Source: Nitrospirota bacterium
GTDB taxonomy: Bacteria; Nitrospirota; UBA9217
Length of the DNA stretch: 64,000 bases
NCBI GenBank assembly: GCA_963749655.1
Contig: CAVVOB010000014.1
Span: forward strand, 96,001 to 160,000
Direction: 5' to 3'
Below are positions 10,730 to 20,881 of this stretch, one piece after another. Under the pieces are notes generated by a model. The model had not been told where the DNA came from and searched no databases. It saw nothing but the letters and a program-made list of their open reading frames with translations. The position numbers were made by a program, and so were the translations under genes. Every line of letters starts with the position of its first letter. Within the stretch, counting starts at the first letter, position 1.

Positions 10730-10785
10730 TACCCTAAAAATACCCCATTTAAAATCTTGCAAACTATCCGGACTTATAGTACAGT
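10730..10785 (+). promoter_or_regulatory. TACCC-box promoter B
   Basis: TACCCTAAAAATACCCC (10730-10746), 10 nt, TTGCAA, 17 nt, TACAGT. Confidence 0.75.
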
Positions 10786-11220
10786 CGCGTCACTTCCACG
10801 ATACACACTTCTTAGATCTCGCCTTAATCAGTACACAATTCTTTACAAAACTTTTTGCATTAATAAAGTTTCCGAGCAGGCCGGGCCAGTTCAACGTATT
10901 TGACCAATGACCGCATATTGGAGCGAAACTGCTTATTTTGCTCCAATGACAGTGCTTCTATAACACAGTGAGAGCTATCGGACGATGAATCGTCAATGAA
11001 TATTTGGCCTGCAGCCATGACTGTGTTGCTGCCGAACACCTCTCAAAATATCTGTGCAGGAGTGTTAAAAGTCTACCAGCGGAGCGAATCGAGAAATCTG
11101 CATACCGCTCGAAAGGGCGCAACTTGTCCCGGGAAGGAGGAAAGAGATATTATTACGGCATTTTCTGAGGCACCTGGTCATGAATGATGACCAGCAATCT
11201 TTTAAAAGGAGACTTTACGA

Positions 11221-13290
11221 ATGATGAAAAAATTGCTTTCATTGGCTGTCTCGGTTTTACTGCTTACCGCGCTGTCTGCATGCAACGGAGGATCTTCGAG
11301 CGGCAATTCCTCGGGTAATAACGCATCTGCAGCACTCGAAGTCGATTTTAATTCCGCTTCAGGCAACACGAACGCGAAGGCCGCGAAGGCTCTGGCAAGT
11401 GCCATTTCCGACATCGCAATGATTACCGTTGATGTCATAGACGGCTCCACCTATCTCGCCAACGGGAAGCAACTTACCAACACAGGAGGCATCTGGAGCA
11501 CGACGATCAGCAATCTTCCCACGGGGGTGCAGCTCACCGTATTAGCTCATGCCTATGACGGCGCGGCCGCGGAAATATTTACCGGGACCACCTACAAGAC
11601 GTTGACAGGTGATGATGACCACATCGAGATCGTCATGGATTCCGTCGCAAACGCGGCGTCGCAGCAGTTCCCGAAGATCACGCTGATCAGCTCGCCCGCT
11701 CAGATCGCTCTGTCGAGCGCTGTTCCCGTCAGTTTCGTGATGCAGGGAAATTCGGGAGAAGTCCTGGCCTATGAGATTACCGCGGCTGCGTCCAACGGAT
11801 CGTTCAGCCCTACAAGCGGGAATGTAACGGTAGGCGTTTCAACTGTCTCGCTGGTGACCGTGTATACGGCACCGACGGCAACAGGGACCTATACGCACCG
11901 GATCAAGGTTACGAACAGCCAGGGCAACATCGTCGAAACAAGCTTCACCACGAACGTCGAGAATCTTTCCAGCTCCGATGTAATCGTGCTATTCAACCCT
12001 GCGATCACGAGCGTGTCTGCCAGCCGTAGCGGTTCGGAAGTAACATTTCTGGCGGGCGTCAGCGACTCCGGACCTTCGAATCAGCTGACATATAATTGGT
12101 CCTTCGACGGCGGACTTTCCTTCACGAACTCCGCCGCTAATCCCGCGGTGCTGCAGGGATATGATGAAAACGTTGCGGGGACCCTGTCCTTGACAGTGGC
12201 GAATGGCTCGGGACGGAGTACCACCGTGTCGTTTGCGATCACCCCGGGACAATTTCCCAACAGCGCTGCAACCAATCTTATGTATATACCCCAAACGATC
12301 AACACCACCGGCAGAGCAGCCTGGGGCGACACCTCTGTGAGCGGAAGCATCATTACCATGGCCATGAACGAAAGCGGTGACCAGCAAGACTACAACAACG
12401 ACGGCGACATGGATGACAATGTGCTCGGCTACTACAACGTCAGCACAGGAGCGACGGTGAACACGGGCATCTCGGCGGAATTTGCCTCCATCGGCGGTGA
12501 CATCATAGCCTTCCTGAATTCGGACACCGGAACCCTCGGCTACTATTCCATCAGCGCAAATACGTGGACTGATACTGAGATACCCCTTTCTCAGTTCAGC
12601 AGCGGGGACAGCAATCATTTCGTCAGCAACGGGAAGATCGTGTATGTCAGCGCGACGAGAGATTTGAACGGCGACACGGTTCCTGACCTGGAGCTGAACA
12701 TCTACGACACAAATACGGACCTGAACTCTCAGACGGGCGTGCCGGCGGCAAACGAATGGGATGTTCATCCGTCATTCAACGGCAATATCGTCTCCTTCCA
12801 GAACATTAACGGGAACATCAGCTATTACAATGTAGGCACCGGCCAGACGACCGATACCGGCATTGCCGGGTGGGAGCCCGCCATTGATAACGGCACCATC
12901 GTTTTCAATTCAACCTCCGGGTTTGTGGCCTATTATGTTATCGGAACGGGGAAATATGTTCTTACTCCCATTTTTTCCGATGGCCCGATGCCCAGCATAA
13001 GCAACGGCATCATAGCGGTTGCAGCCAGTGAATGGGTTTGGGGAAAAGATCTGAATGGAGACGGAGACCTCGACGAGCCGGTTGTCGTGCTCTACGATAT
13101 CCCGACGGGCAGGATGATAAACACCGGACTGGTGAAACACCACTGGGGCGAGATATCGAATGAGATGATCGAGTACCGCGCGCATGAAAGCGATCTACAG
13201 ACCGACCTGAATGGTGACGGTGATCTGGATGATCCGGTGCATGTATACGTCTTCTTGAACGATCTGGCAAAAAGTTATTTCAGCAGATAG
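11221..13290 (+). CDS. Surface lipoprotein with Ig-like domains and C-terminal beta-propeller-like region with DxNxDGD Ca-binding loops
   Basis: Lipobox ALSAC plus Gly/Ser linker; DYNNDGDMDD, DLNGDTVPD, 2x DLNGDGDLD; AGGAG RBS. Confidence 0.8.
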   Translation: MMKKLLSLAVSVLLLTALSACNGGSSSGNSSGNNASAALEVDFNSASGNTNAKAAKALASAISDIAMITVDVIDGSTYLANGKQLTNTGGIWSTTISNLPTGVQLTVLAHAYDGAAAEIFTGTTYKTLTGDDDHIEIVMDSVANAASQQFPKITLISSPAQIALSSAVPVSFVMQGNSGEVLAYEITAAASNGSFSPTSGNVTVGVSTVSLVTVYTAPTATGTYTHRIKVTNSQGNIVETSFTTNVENLSSSDVIVLFNPAITSVSASRSGSEVTFLAGVSDSGPSNQLTYNWSFDGGLSFTNSAANPAVLQGYDENVAGTLSLTVANGSGRSTTVSFAITPGQFPNSAATNLMYIPQTINTTGRAAWGDTSVSGSIITMAMNESGDQQDYNNDGDMDDNVLGYYNVSTGATVNTGISAEFASIGGDIIAFLNSDTGTLGYYSISANTWTDTEIPLSQFSSGDSNHFVSNGKIVYVSATRDLNGDTVPDLELNIYDTNTDLNSQTGVPAANEWDVHPSFNGNIVSFQNINGNISYYNVGTGQTTDTGIAGWEPAIDNGTIVFNSTSGFVAYYVIGTGKYVLTPIFSDGPMPSISNGIIAVAASEWVWGKDLNGDGDLDEPVVVLYDIPTGRMINTGLVKHHWGEISNEMIEYRAHESDLQTDLNGDGDLDDPVHVYVFLNDLAKSYFSR

Positions 13291-13304
13291 ATCAAATTTT
13301 TATT

Positions 13305-13354
13305 AATGGGCCCTTCACTGCGGATTTCAATCCCGCGTGAAGGGCCATTTTTTT
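13305..13354 (+). terminator. Rho-independent terminator
   Basis: GGCCCTTCAC...GTGAAGGGCC stem plus T-run. Confidence 0.7.
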
Positions 13355-13463
13355 CGCCGCCAAATTCAGCAGATTCATCTGAGAACGTCAATCATATTTG
13401 CTGAAAGCTGCAGCGAACATGAACGGGCACCGTCCCTCAACGAGACGATGCCCGTTTATTCGT

Positions 13464-14885
13464 CTAGTCCCAGTCCAGCAGTCTCTTCTGCCCCGTGATC
13501 TTCTGGATCGCCGTAATGTCCTGGCTCACTTCCAGACAGCCCCGGTACTTGCCCGCCTGGTCGCGGACCGCGAAATATCGGATGTAGATCACTTTCCCTC
13601 GCATCTGGATCCAGAACTCTGCAGTGTCCCGGGTCCCTTCCTTGAACGTCGAGAGAATCTTCTCCACCATGCCCACGCTCTTGGGCGGATGGCAGTTGCG
13701 GACATTCCGGCCGATCACGCCCGGGCTGCGCGGAAACAGGCGGTCCGGCGTTGCTGAATAATAGACCACTTCGTCCTGTTCGTTCACGAAGGAAATGTCC
13801 ACCGGCAGGTGCGTGAGCAAGAGGTTCACCTGCTCGGCCGTGAGTTGTCCCGTGTCGAGATTCAAGCTCCCCACCTTTTCCGCGAGCAGTTCCTGCTGAA
13901 ACGAGCCCGCTGCGGGCTTCCACTGCGTCTCCGGCTTGATCCAGGCATAACCGATCTCTTCCTCGCCTTTTCTCACCTTTGCCCACTCCTCCTCGGAAAG
14001 CGTTTCGAGCGCCATGGGAAAGAGGATATGCTCCTCCTTGTAGATCATGTCGTTGACCATCTTGACCATGGCCTCGAGGGCGACCTTCTCCATCTTCCCG
14101 TCGACTACGCGCTTCCGCACGTCCTTGATGAACCCGCGGATATCGTCATGGAGCGCCCACATGACCTTGGACGGCCCGGTGATGCCCTTGGTTTCGATGA
14201 TCGGGAAAAGCTGATTCTCCTTGCGGAGGAAATGCTTGTCAAGCTGCCCTAGACGGTCGAGGATTCCCAGGAGCTTCTCCTTATCCTTCACAAAGTCCGT
14301 GACAGCCTCCGCTTCCTTCAGGATTCCTTCGCAGGCGCGGTTTTCGAGCATGAACGTATGGACCGGATGGCCTGCAGGAAGTCCGGGCACGGTCTTGTGC
14401 TCCAGCGCCTCCTGGAAAACCTTTACGTGGACTTCGCAGAGGTTCTTGATCTCCGTTTCCGGCATGCCTTCGGCGATGAGCTTCTGCTCCATCTGCGCGA
14501 TCTCCCAGGGAGCCACATCCTTGATCAGGTCCTCGAACTTCTTCTTCTGCGACTCCGCGTCCTTTCCCGCATGGAGTTCCTTGATGATCTCCTTCATCTT
14601 GTCGATCTTCAGGTCCTGCTCGTCGGGTCCGCCCTCGCCGTAGGACACGGTCACCGCTTCGCCCGTCTGTTTCTTGATCTCGGCCGCGACATCGTCGATC
14701 AGCTTCTTCGCGTCCATGCCGCCGATCATGGCGGCCTTGCCCAGGGAGGCGATCCTGCCTACGGTCCTTCGCAGGAAGGGATTGTCGAGCATCTTGAATT
14801 CGGGGTTCAGCCTGATCAGAAAATCCTTGAGAAAGGGGTACCGGGAAATAAGGTCGTTCACTTTGGTCTTCGGGCTCAGGTCCAT
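13464..14885 (-). CDS. DUF438 family protein (DUF1858 + DUF438 + hemerythrin-like + PAS_10)
   Basis: EIAQMEQKLI, GHPVHTF..EN, HFLRKENQLFP, KEEHILFP, CHPPKS motifs. Confidence 0.9.
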   Translation of the reverse strand: MDLSPKTKVNDLISRYPFLKDFLIRLNPEFKMLDNPFLRRTVGRIASLGKAAMIGGMDAKKLIDDVAAEIKKQTGEAVTVSYGEGGPDEQDLKIDKMKEIIKELHAGKDAESQKKKFEDLIKDVAPWEIAQMEQKLIAEGMPETEIKNLCEVHVKVFQEALEHKTVPGLPAGHPVHTFMLENRACEGILKEAEAVTDFVKDKEKLLGILDRLGQLDKHFLRKENQLFPIIETKGITGPSKVMWALHDDIRGFIKDVRKRVVDGKMEKVALEAMVKMVNDMIYKEEHILFPMALETLSEEEWAKVRKGEEEIGYAWIKPETQWKPAAGSFQQELLAEKVGSLNLDTGQLTAEQVNLLLTHLPVDISFVNEQDEVVYYSATPDRLFPRSPGVIGRNVRNCHPPKSVGMVEKILSTFKEGTRDTAEFWIQMRGKVIYIRYFAVRDQAGKYRGCLEVSQDITAIQKITGQKRLLDWD

Positions 14886-14920
14886 GGGCGGCCTCCTTGT
14901 CGGAATCGATATCTTGATCG

Positions 14921-14962
14921 ATTATAGCAGGCCGGCATGGCGAAGCGTATGATGTGGGTCAT
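14921..14962 (-). promoter_or_regulatory. Class II Crp/Fnr(HcpR)-type promoter
   Basis: ATGAC-ccac-ATCAT (14962-14949) centred about -41.5 relative to a start inferred from a perfect TATAAT (14926-14921). Confidence 0.6.
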
Positions 14963-14999
14963 GATGTCCGAAATTTACAAAGAATGAAATCCCATCGGC

Positions 15000-15073
15000 C
15001 GTCATTCCTGCGAAAGCAGGAATCCAGAAGTTTTTGAAAAGTCGCTGGATTCCGGATCAAGTCCGGAATGACG
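15000..15073. repeat. Palindromic REP/RPE-like element
   Basis: CGTCATTCCTGCGAAAGCAGGAATCCAG...CTGGATTCCGGATCAAGTCCGGAATGACG inverted pair with internal hairpins. Confidence 0.8.
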
Positions 15074-15280
15074 GAATGAGGCTTTAACAAATAACCACCT
15101 TATCAATAAGGACTTTTGTCTGCTCTCTTTCTCTGCGCCTCCGCGTCTCCGCGTGAACAAGTCTTTTCCTGCAATCAGGATCCTGCAGCATTGTCTCATC
15201 ACCGGAAAAGAATAAAAAAAAGCCGGACGCGCTTTTCGCAGCACGCCCGGCTTTCCAGAACTGACTTCTCTTTACGACAT

Positions 15281-15934
15281 TTACTTCTTCGCCGCAATCC
15301 CCTTCTTGATCGCATTCACGACGCCGTCGCTCGAGGCTTCCTTGATGGTGAGCAGCAGGCCCTTCTTGTCGTAGTAGCCGATGAGCGGCGCGGTCTTCTC
15401 GTTGTAGACATCGAGCCGTTTGGAGATGGCCTCCACGGTCTCGTCCGCACGCTGGATCGTCGGGCTGCCGCACTTCTTGCACTTGTCGCCGGGGGCCGGA
15501 GGATTGCTCTTGATGTTGTAGATCTCCTGGCACGACGTGTTGGAGCAGGTCCTGCGCGTGGTAAGGCGGTCGAGGATCACGTCGCGGGGAACGTCGATGT
15601 TCGCCACGAGATCAAGCTTGATGTTGAGCTTCGTGAGCAGCTTGCCCAGCTCGTCGGCCTGCGGTATGGTGCGCGGGAACCCGTCGAGCAGGAATCCGCT
15701 CTGACAGTCCTTTTCCTGAAGCCGCTGCTCCATGATGCCCATGATGAGCGAATCCGGCACCAGGCCGCCGCTGTCCATGTGTCCTTTTGCTTCCTTGCCC
15801 AGCGGCGTGCCGGCCTTGACCGCGCCGCGGAGAATGTCGCCGGTCGAGATCTGCACCGAGCCGTCCAGTGCCGTCAACAGTTTCGCTACCGTGCCCTTGC
15901 CTGCGCCCGGTGCGCCCAAAAGAATGATACGCAT
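15281..15934 (-). CDS. adk: Adenylate kinase (Zn-binding LID)
   Basis: MRIILLGAPGAGKGT, STGDILR, LLDGFPRT, CSNTSC..CKKC; AGGAGG RBS. Confidence 0.97.
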   Translation of the reverse strand: MRIILLGAPGAGKGTVAKLLTALDGSVQISTGDILRGAVKAGTPLGKEAKGHMDSGGLVPDSLIMGIMEQRLQEKDCQSGFLLDGFPRTIPQADELGKLLTKLNIKLDLVANIDVPRDVILDRLTTRRTCSNTSCQEIYNIKSNPPAPGDKCKKCGSPTIQRADETVEAISKRLDVYNEKTAPLIGYYDKKGLLLTIKEASSDGVVNAIKKGIAAKK

Positions 15935-16100
15935 TACGAAAATCCTCCTTAGAAAAATGTACGTGCCCCGAAGGACAACTGGTCCGGCTGACAAGTCTGC
16001 AAACTGACAGGCCATCAAGCCTTGTTCAAGTCGGCCATTATCGTACGAACGGGATTAAAAATCAAGGAAAATGTCTCCCGCCCCGCGCGGGCGGTCGCTT

Positions 16101-17099
16101 TCAGGCTGGGGGCGCTGGTTTAAGGCCGGGCAGCGGCAGGGTAAAGGTGAAGACACTGCCCTTCCCCTCCGAGCTCTTCGCCCAGATCCTTCCGCCGTGG
16201 TGTTCGACGATCTGGCGCGCGATGGCGAGGCCGAGGCCGGTCCCTTCGACCGTACTGGAGAGCTGGTCCCCGGCGCGGTGGAATTTTTCGAAGATCAGCT
16301 CGATCTCCGCAGGCGGTATGCCCACGCCCGTGTCCGAGATCTCCACGACGATCTGCGGCAGCGGCGCGGACTCCTGCCGCGCTTCGATGCGGACAGCTCC
16401 GCCGGGCCGCGTATATTTCACTGCATTCGACAGGATGTTCATCACGACCTGAATGAGGCGGTCCCGGTCTCCCGAAAGCCGGGGGAGCGGGGAGTTCACG
16501 GCCGTGGTCAGGCGCAAACCCTTGTTGTCGAAGAGCGGGGCCATGCCCGATGCGCAGTCGGCAATGACTTCTTCCACGGACACGTCGGAGACCCGCCACT
16601 GCATGGACCCGGCCTCGATCCGGGCGAGATCGAGAAGGTCGGTGAGCAGACGCGTGAGGCGGTCCGTCTCGGCGTTGATGGCGTTCATGAACCGCGCGCG
16701 CTGCTTTTCAGGCATCCCCGGCTTCATAATGATCAGCTCGGCGCAGGCCTTGACGCTCGTCAGGGGCGTTCGAAACTCGTGGGACACAACGGAGATGAAG
16801 TCCGATTTCATCCGGTCGATCTCCCGCAGCTTCGCGTTCGCCTCCTGCAGCTGCTCGTTGAACGTCCTTAGCTCCGCGGTGCGCCTGACGAAATAGACCA
16901 CGGTCGTCGCCACGATCAACGGAACAACCATGGCGTCGATGGCGCCGATGATCAGCGTTTCCCTCGATACCGCCCCCCACCAGACGCGCCCCTGGATAGT
17001 GCTCAGGACATAGGTGATCAGCTCCGAACTGACGATCGATATCCAGATGAAATGCCAGGGGCTCACGCTCTGCAATTTATCGATGGTTTTCGATATCAT
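16101..17099 (-). CDS. Membrane sensor histidine kinase
   Basis: 2 TM segments, SHEFRTPLT H-box, NAVKY, DTGVGI, GTGLGL. Confidence 0.92.
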   Translation of the reverse strand: MISKTIDKLQSVSPWHFIWISIVSSELITYVLSTIQGRVWWGAVSRETLIIGAIDAMVVPLIVATTVVYFVRRTAELRTFNEQLQEANAKLREIDRMKSDFISVVSHEFRTPLTSVKACAELIIMKPGMPEKQRARFMNAINAETDRLTRLLTDLLDLARIEAGSMQWRVSDVSVEEVIADCASGMAPLFDNKGLRLTTAVNSPLPRLSGDRDRLIQVVMNILSNAVKYTRPGGAVRIEARQESAPLPQIVVEISDTGVGIPPAEIELIFEKFHRAGDQLSSTVEGTGLGLAIARQIVEHHGGRIWAKSSEGKGSVFTFTLPLPGLKPAPPA

Positions 17100-17171
17100 G
17101 GAACCAGGGACACCTCTTTGTATCGTCGACCGGCTCAGCTCCTGCCTTGTTCAAGAAACACAGATGCTTAG

Positions 17172-17200
17172 ACATTACTGAACCTTTGCACTAAAGTCAA
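17172..17200 (-). promoter_or_regulatory. sigma70-type promoter
   Basis: TTGACT-17-TAATGT upstream of the kinase. Confidence 0.55.
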
Positions 17201-17290
17201 GGTCGGTACGGAGACAATTTCATTCTGCAGGCAAATAAAAAGCCCTGTCCCCGAAGATGCGGGACAGGGCGAAGGGACAATGAATATTGA

Positions 17291-17851
17291 TTAGAAATGA
17301 TAGGCCAGCCCGGCCTGGAGGGTGAAATAGTTGTCCGTGATCAGGTGCCACCGCGCGTCGGCAACAAAGCCGAGCTGCTGGTTGATCGGAAGCTCGATGC
17401 CGGCGCCGGGGACGATGCCGAAATTGATATCGCTCTCCGAAGCCGTGTTGTGCCGGCCGAAGGGCCGCCCGGGAAGAGCGACTTCCACCTCGTCGAAGCT
17501 CAATTCCACCAGTCCCTGGACATAGACCTTCAGGGGGCTATTGCGGACCGGGAGAAAGAACCTTCCCCCTGCGCCGACGGCATGCGCTTATAGGTAACGT
17601 CAATGCCGAAGGTCCGATGCGCTCCAGGTAAAGTAGGAAAACTCGACCCTTCCCTGAAGGTCCTTGTTCATCTGCGGAAGCGGGACACCTGCCCCGATGT
17701 TGATGCCGAATCCGGAATCGAAGCCCGATGCAGGCGCCGTGGCCAGCACGAGCGACGCGTCGACTTCCGCGCCGGAAGTTTTTGCGAAGGCCGTTGTGGT
17801 CATAACGAACAATGAAAGTACTGCAATTGATAGAAGTGCGATTTTTTTCAT
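17291..17851 (-). CDS. Outer-membrane beta-barrel protein (two compensating 1-bp shifts at ~17580-17612)
   Basis: Signal peptide, amphipathic strands, C-terminal GLAYHF; both ORF halves are in the same frame. Confidence 0.75.
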
Positions 17852-18221
17852 GATGTCTCCTGAATAGATATTTAGTAGGAATTACTCTGGGTCGTTAGGT
17901 TCATGCTGTACTGCTGAAGCGTCGGCAGCGTCCACGGCTGCAAATCTTCTGCTGTGGCAACGCCCCTTTACGTCACGGGCGTCCGCGTCTCACCTCCCCC
18001 CCCTCGCTTTATACTGCATGCAACCGCGCAAAGCCGCAATGCCTCTTCGCATAGCCTTATATCCTATTTTAGTTGCAGTTGTCAAGATATATGCTGAGTG
18101 AGAAAAGGGCGGGATGGTGCGATGGGGGGTGCGGGCGCAGGTGTGAACTCCTGACCGGCTGCACCCGGGCCCGGTCATTCGCAGTCTCAAACGATGTTTG
18201 GAAGGAGCGCTCGGCGCAACT

Positions 18222-20390
18222 TCACTGCCCGGCGTGAGCCTGCGGCCGGCCCTTGCCGTTCTTGATGATGCCGTCCAGCACGCGACCGAGTTCATCGATC
18301 GAATAGGGTTTGGCGATGATGCCCGTAAACCCGTACTCGCGGTAGCAGGATACGAGCGGCCCCTCCAGATACCCGCTCGACAGGACGACGCGGGCGGAGG
18401 GGTCCATGGCGAGAAATTTCCCGATCGCATCCTTGCCGCCCATGCCGCCGGGGACCGTCAGGTCCATGATGACCGCATCGAATGGACGGCCTTCGCTCCC
18501 GGCGCGCTCGTACAGCCGGAGGGCCTCTGTTCCGTCCGAGGCGCTGTCGACGGCGTAGCCGAGGGCCTGCGCCATCTCGCCGATCGCGGTCCTCACCACT
18601 TCATCGTCGTCCGTGACAAGGATGCGTCCGTGTCCGGTGCCGGGCTCGACCGCTTTCTCTTCAGGCACGACCCGGTGCGTCGACGCAGGAAGAAAGATGT
18701 CGAAGACCGTGCCGACGCCGGCATTCGACCGGACCGCGATGTGGCCGCCGTGCTTGCTGATGATGGAATAGACCGTGGCCAGTCCAAGTCCGTTTCCCGT
18801 CGTCTTCGTGGTAAAGTAGGGATCGAAGATCATGGGAAGGTGTTCCTGCCGGATGCCGGAGCCGCTGTCCGCGACCGTTATCTTGACGTGGTGCCCGGGC
18901 GAAAGCGGCATGTCCCCGGGATCGGTTATGGCGATGTTTTGCGCCGAGATGGTCAGGATGCCGCCTTCGGGCATCGACTCCTTTGCATTGATCACCAGGT
19001 TGTGTATCGCCTGGGTGAACTGTCCTTCGTCGACTTCCACGTTCCAGAGGTCGGGCGCCCGGTTGAAATCGCATTTCACGGCAGAGCCGCTCAGGGCGAA
19101 CTGCGACGACTCCGCGATCAGGTCCGAGATGGACGTCGACTTCTTGATCGGCCAGCTGCCGTTGGAGAACGTCAGCAGCTGCGAGGTCAGGTTCTTGGCG
19201 CGGACAGCCGCCTTTTCCGCCTTGCCCAGGACCTCATGGACCTTCTTGTCCTGCCGGGAGTAAAGCCGGCCCAGGGAAAGAAAGCCCATGATGCCCGCCA
19301 GAATATTATTGAAATCGTGCGCAATGCCGCCCGCCAGGACGCCGAGCGACTCCAGCTTCGCCATTCTGAGGAGTTCCGTCTCCATGCGGTTCGTTTCGGT
19401 CATGTCGCGAAAAACCAGCACCACGCCGATCATGGCCCCCTGGCGGTCGCGGATGGGAGCGCCGTTGCTCGCAATGGTCCGCTCAGCTCCGTTCCGCGTG
19501 ATGAGACGCGTGCGGTTGCAGAGGGGGACGGCGGCATCGGTCCTGATCACCTTCTGAACAGGGTCCTCGCAGCGTCTGAGCGTCCGGTCGTCGTAGGCGA
19601 GGAACACTTCGGAGAGGAGCTTTCCCGCTGCCTCGTCCTGGGACCACCCGGTCAGGGTCTCCGCCACCGCATTCATGAGCACGATCCGGCCCGTCATGTC
19701 GGTCGTGATGACGCCGTCGCCGATGCTGCGGAGGGTCACGGCAAGGTGCTCCTTCTCGGCTGCCAGCGCCTCCTCCATCCTCCGGCGTTCGTCCAGGTTC
19801 TTCCATCGCTCGATCTCGAGGCCGACCCGCTGGGCCAGGATCCCCAGAAGATCGCGGTCCTCCTCGGAGAAGTCATGGGGTTCGCCGTCCAGTGCGCAGA
19901 CGACGGCGATCACCTTGCCGGCGCTGTCGAACGCCGGCAGGCCGCAGTAGGAAAAAGCGTTGAACTGTCTGAGGAAGGGCGCTTCGGGAAATTTCGTGGC
20001 CACATCGTGGTAGACCCGGAGCTCACGGGAGTCCCGCACCGTGGCGCAGGGCGTGTTCTGCAAACCGCAGGACCCGCCGGCGATGATGACGCCCCGTTCG
20101 TCGTAGGTGCCGAGAAAAAACAGCTCGTCGCCGCGGACCTCGGAGAGGACCACCACCGGAACGGCAAGGAGCTCGCCGATGAGCAGCGATATATGGCGGA
20201 TCACATCGACGGGATCGCCGGTCAGGATGAGGCCGAGTTCAGCCAGCCGTTTCAGGCGGCTGCAACGTCCCGCGGCATCACGCTCGGCCCGGCTGTACCA
20301 CTTGACCCGCAGTTCCGATTCTGCGAACCGCCGGTTCAGGTCCCCGAGCTCGCGCTTGAGCCTGTCTTCCGCTCCCTTTTCCTTGGTCAC
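18222..20390 (-). CDS. Hybrid histidine kinase (GAF-PAS-HisKA-HATPase-REC)
   Basis: AHDFNNIL, DPYFTTK..GLGL, VIMDLTVPG; GTG start with GAAGGAG RBS. Confidence 0.92.
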   Translation of the reverse strand: MTKEKGAEDRLKRELGDLNRRFAESELRVKWYSRAERDAAGRCSRLKRLAELGLILTGDPVDVIRHISLLIGELLAVPVVVLSEVRGDELFFLGTYDERGVIIAGGSCGLQNTPCATVRDSRELRVYHDVATKFPEAPFLRQFNAFSYCGLPAFDSAGKVIAVVCALDGEPHDFSEEDRDLLGILAQRVGLEIERWKNLDERRRMEEALAAEKEHLAVTLRSIGDGVITTDMTGRIVLMNAVAETLTGWSQDEAAGKLLSEVFLAYDDRTLRRCEDPVQKVIRTDAAVPLCNRTRLITRNGAERTIASNGAPIRDRQGAMIGVVLVFRDMTETNRMETELLRMAKLESLGVLAGGIAHDFNNILAGIMGFLSLGRLYSRQDKKVHEVLGKAEKAAVRAKNLTSQLLTFSNGSWPIKKSTSISDLIAESSQFALSGSAVKCDFNRAPDLWNVEVDEGQFTQAIHNLVINAKESMPEGGILTISAQNIAITDPGDMPLSPGHHVKITVADSGSGIRQEHLPMIFDPYFTTKTTGNGLGLATVYSIISKHGGHIAVRSNAGVGTVFDIFLPASTHRVVPEEKAVEPGTGHGRILVTDDDEVVRTAIGEMAQALGYAVDSASDGTEALRLYERAGSEGRPFDAVIMDLTVPGGMGGKDAIGKFLAMDPSARVVLSSGYLEGPLVSCYREYGFTGIIAKPYSIDELGRVLDGIIKNGKGRPQAHAGQ

Positions 20391-20556
20391 TCGGTCAGCT
20401 CCTTCAGGCCGTCCGCGTAATATCGCGGGAGGGCGTGTTCCCGAACCTTTTGCGTCACGTACCCGCGGCCCGGAGGTTTCCGTTCCGCGGAGTCCTCCGG
20501 CATCCGTCATGCCGGGGAAAAATAACCGGACTGAGATTCGTAAAAGTTCTTCTTTA

Positions 20557-20835
20557 GCCGCAGAGATCGCCGAGGACCCGGAGACATACCACATTCTCTG
20601 TAAAGATTTTTCCGTGATCTCTGTGTACTCTGCGGCATATCCCTAACCCGGACAAGCCGGAAACAAAAAGGCGTCTCGCGCAAAGCCGCAAAGCGCGCAA
20701 AGAAAACCTTTAAGTCTATGGTTTAAAACCAGAAGCCTGAGCCTCTCTTTGCGCCTTTCTTGGCGCCTTTGCGGCTTTGCGCGAAAATATTCTTGCCATT
20801 TTCCGTGATCTCTGTGTACTCTGCGGCATATCCCT
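20557..20835. repeat. Nested short-period hairpin repeats with 37-bp direct repeat (20608-20644 = 20799-20835)
   Basis: GCCGCAGAG../..CTCTGCGGC hairpin and CGCAAAG../..CTTTGCG hairpin; identical 37-mer on both sides of the latter. Confidence 0.8.
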
Positions 20836-20881
20836 GAAAATAATCCGCAGACGGCGAAGACCTGCGCCACCGGGCTCCGGA

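Noticed and set aside
18198-20420. Long plus-strand ORFs (740 aa here; also 23030, 29260, 53843, 56944)
   Set aside because: Antisense shadows of well-supported minus-strand genes in GC-rich DNA
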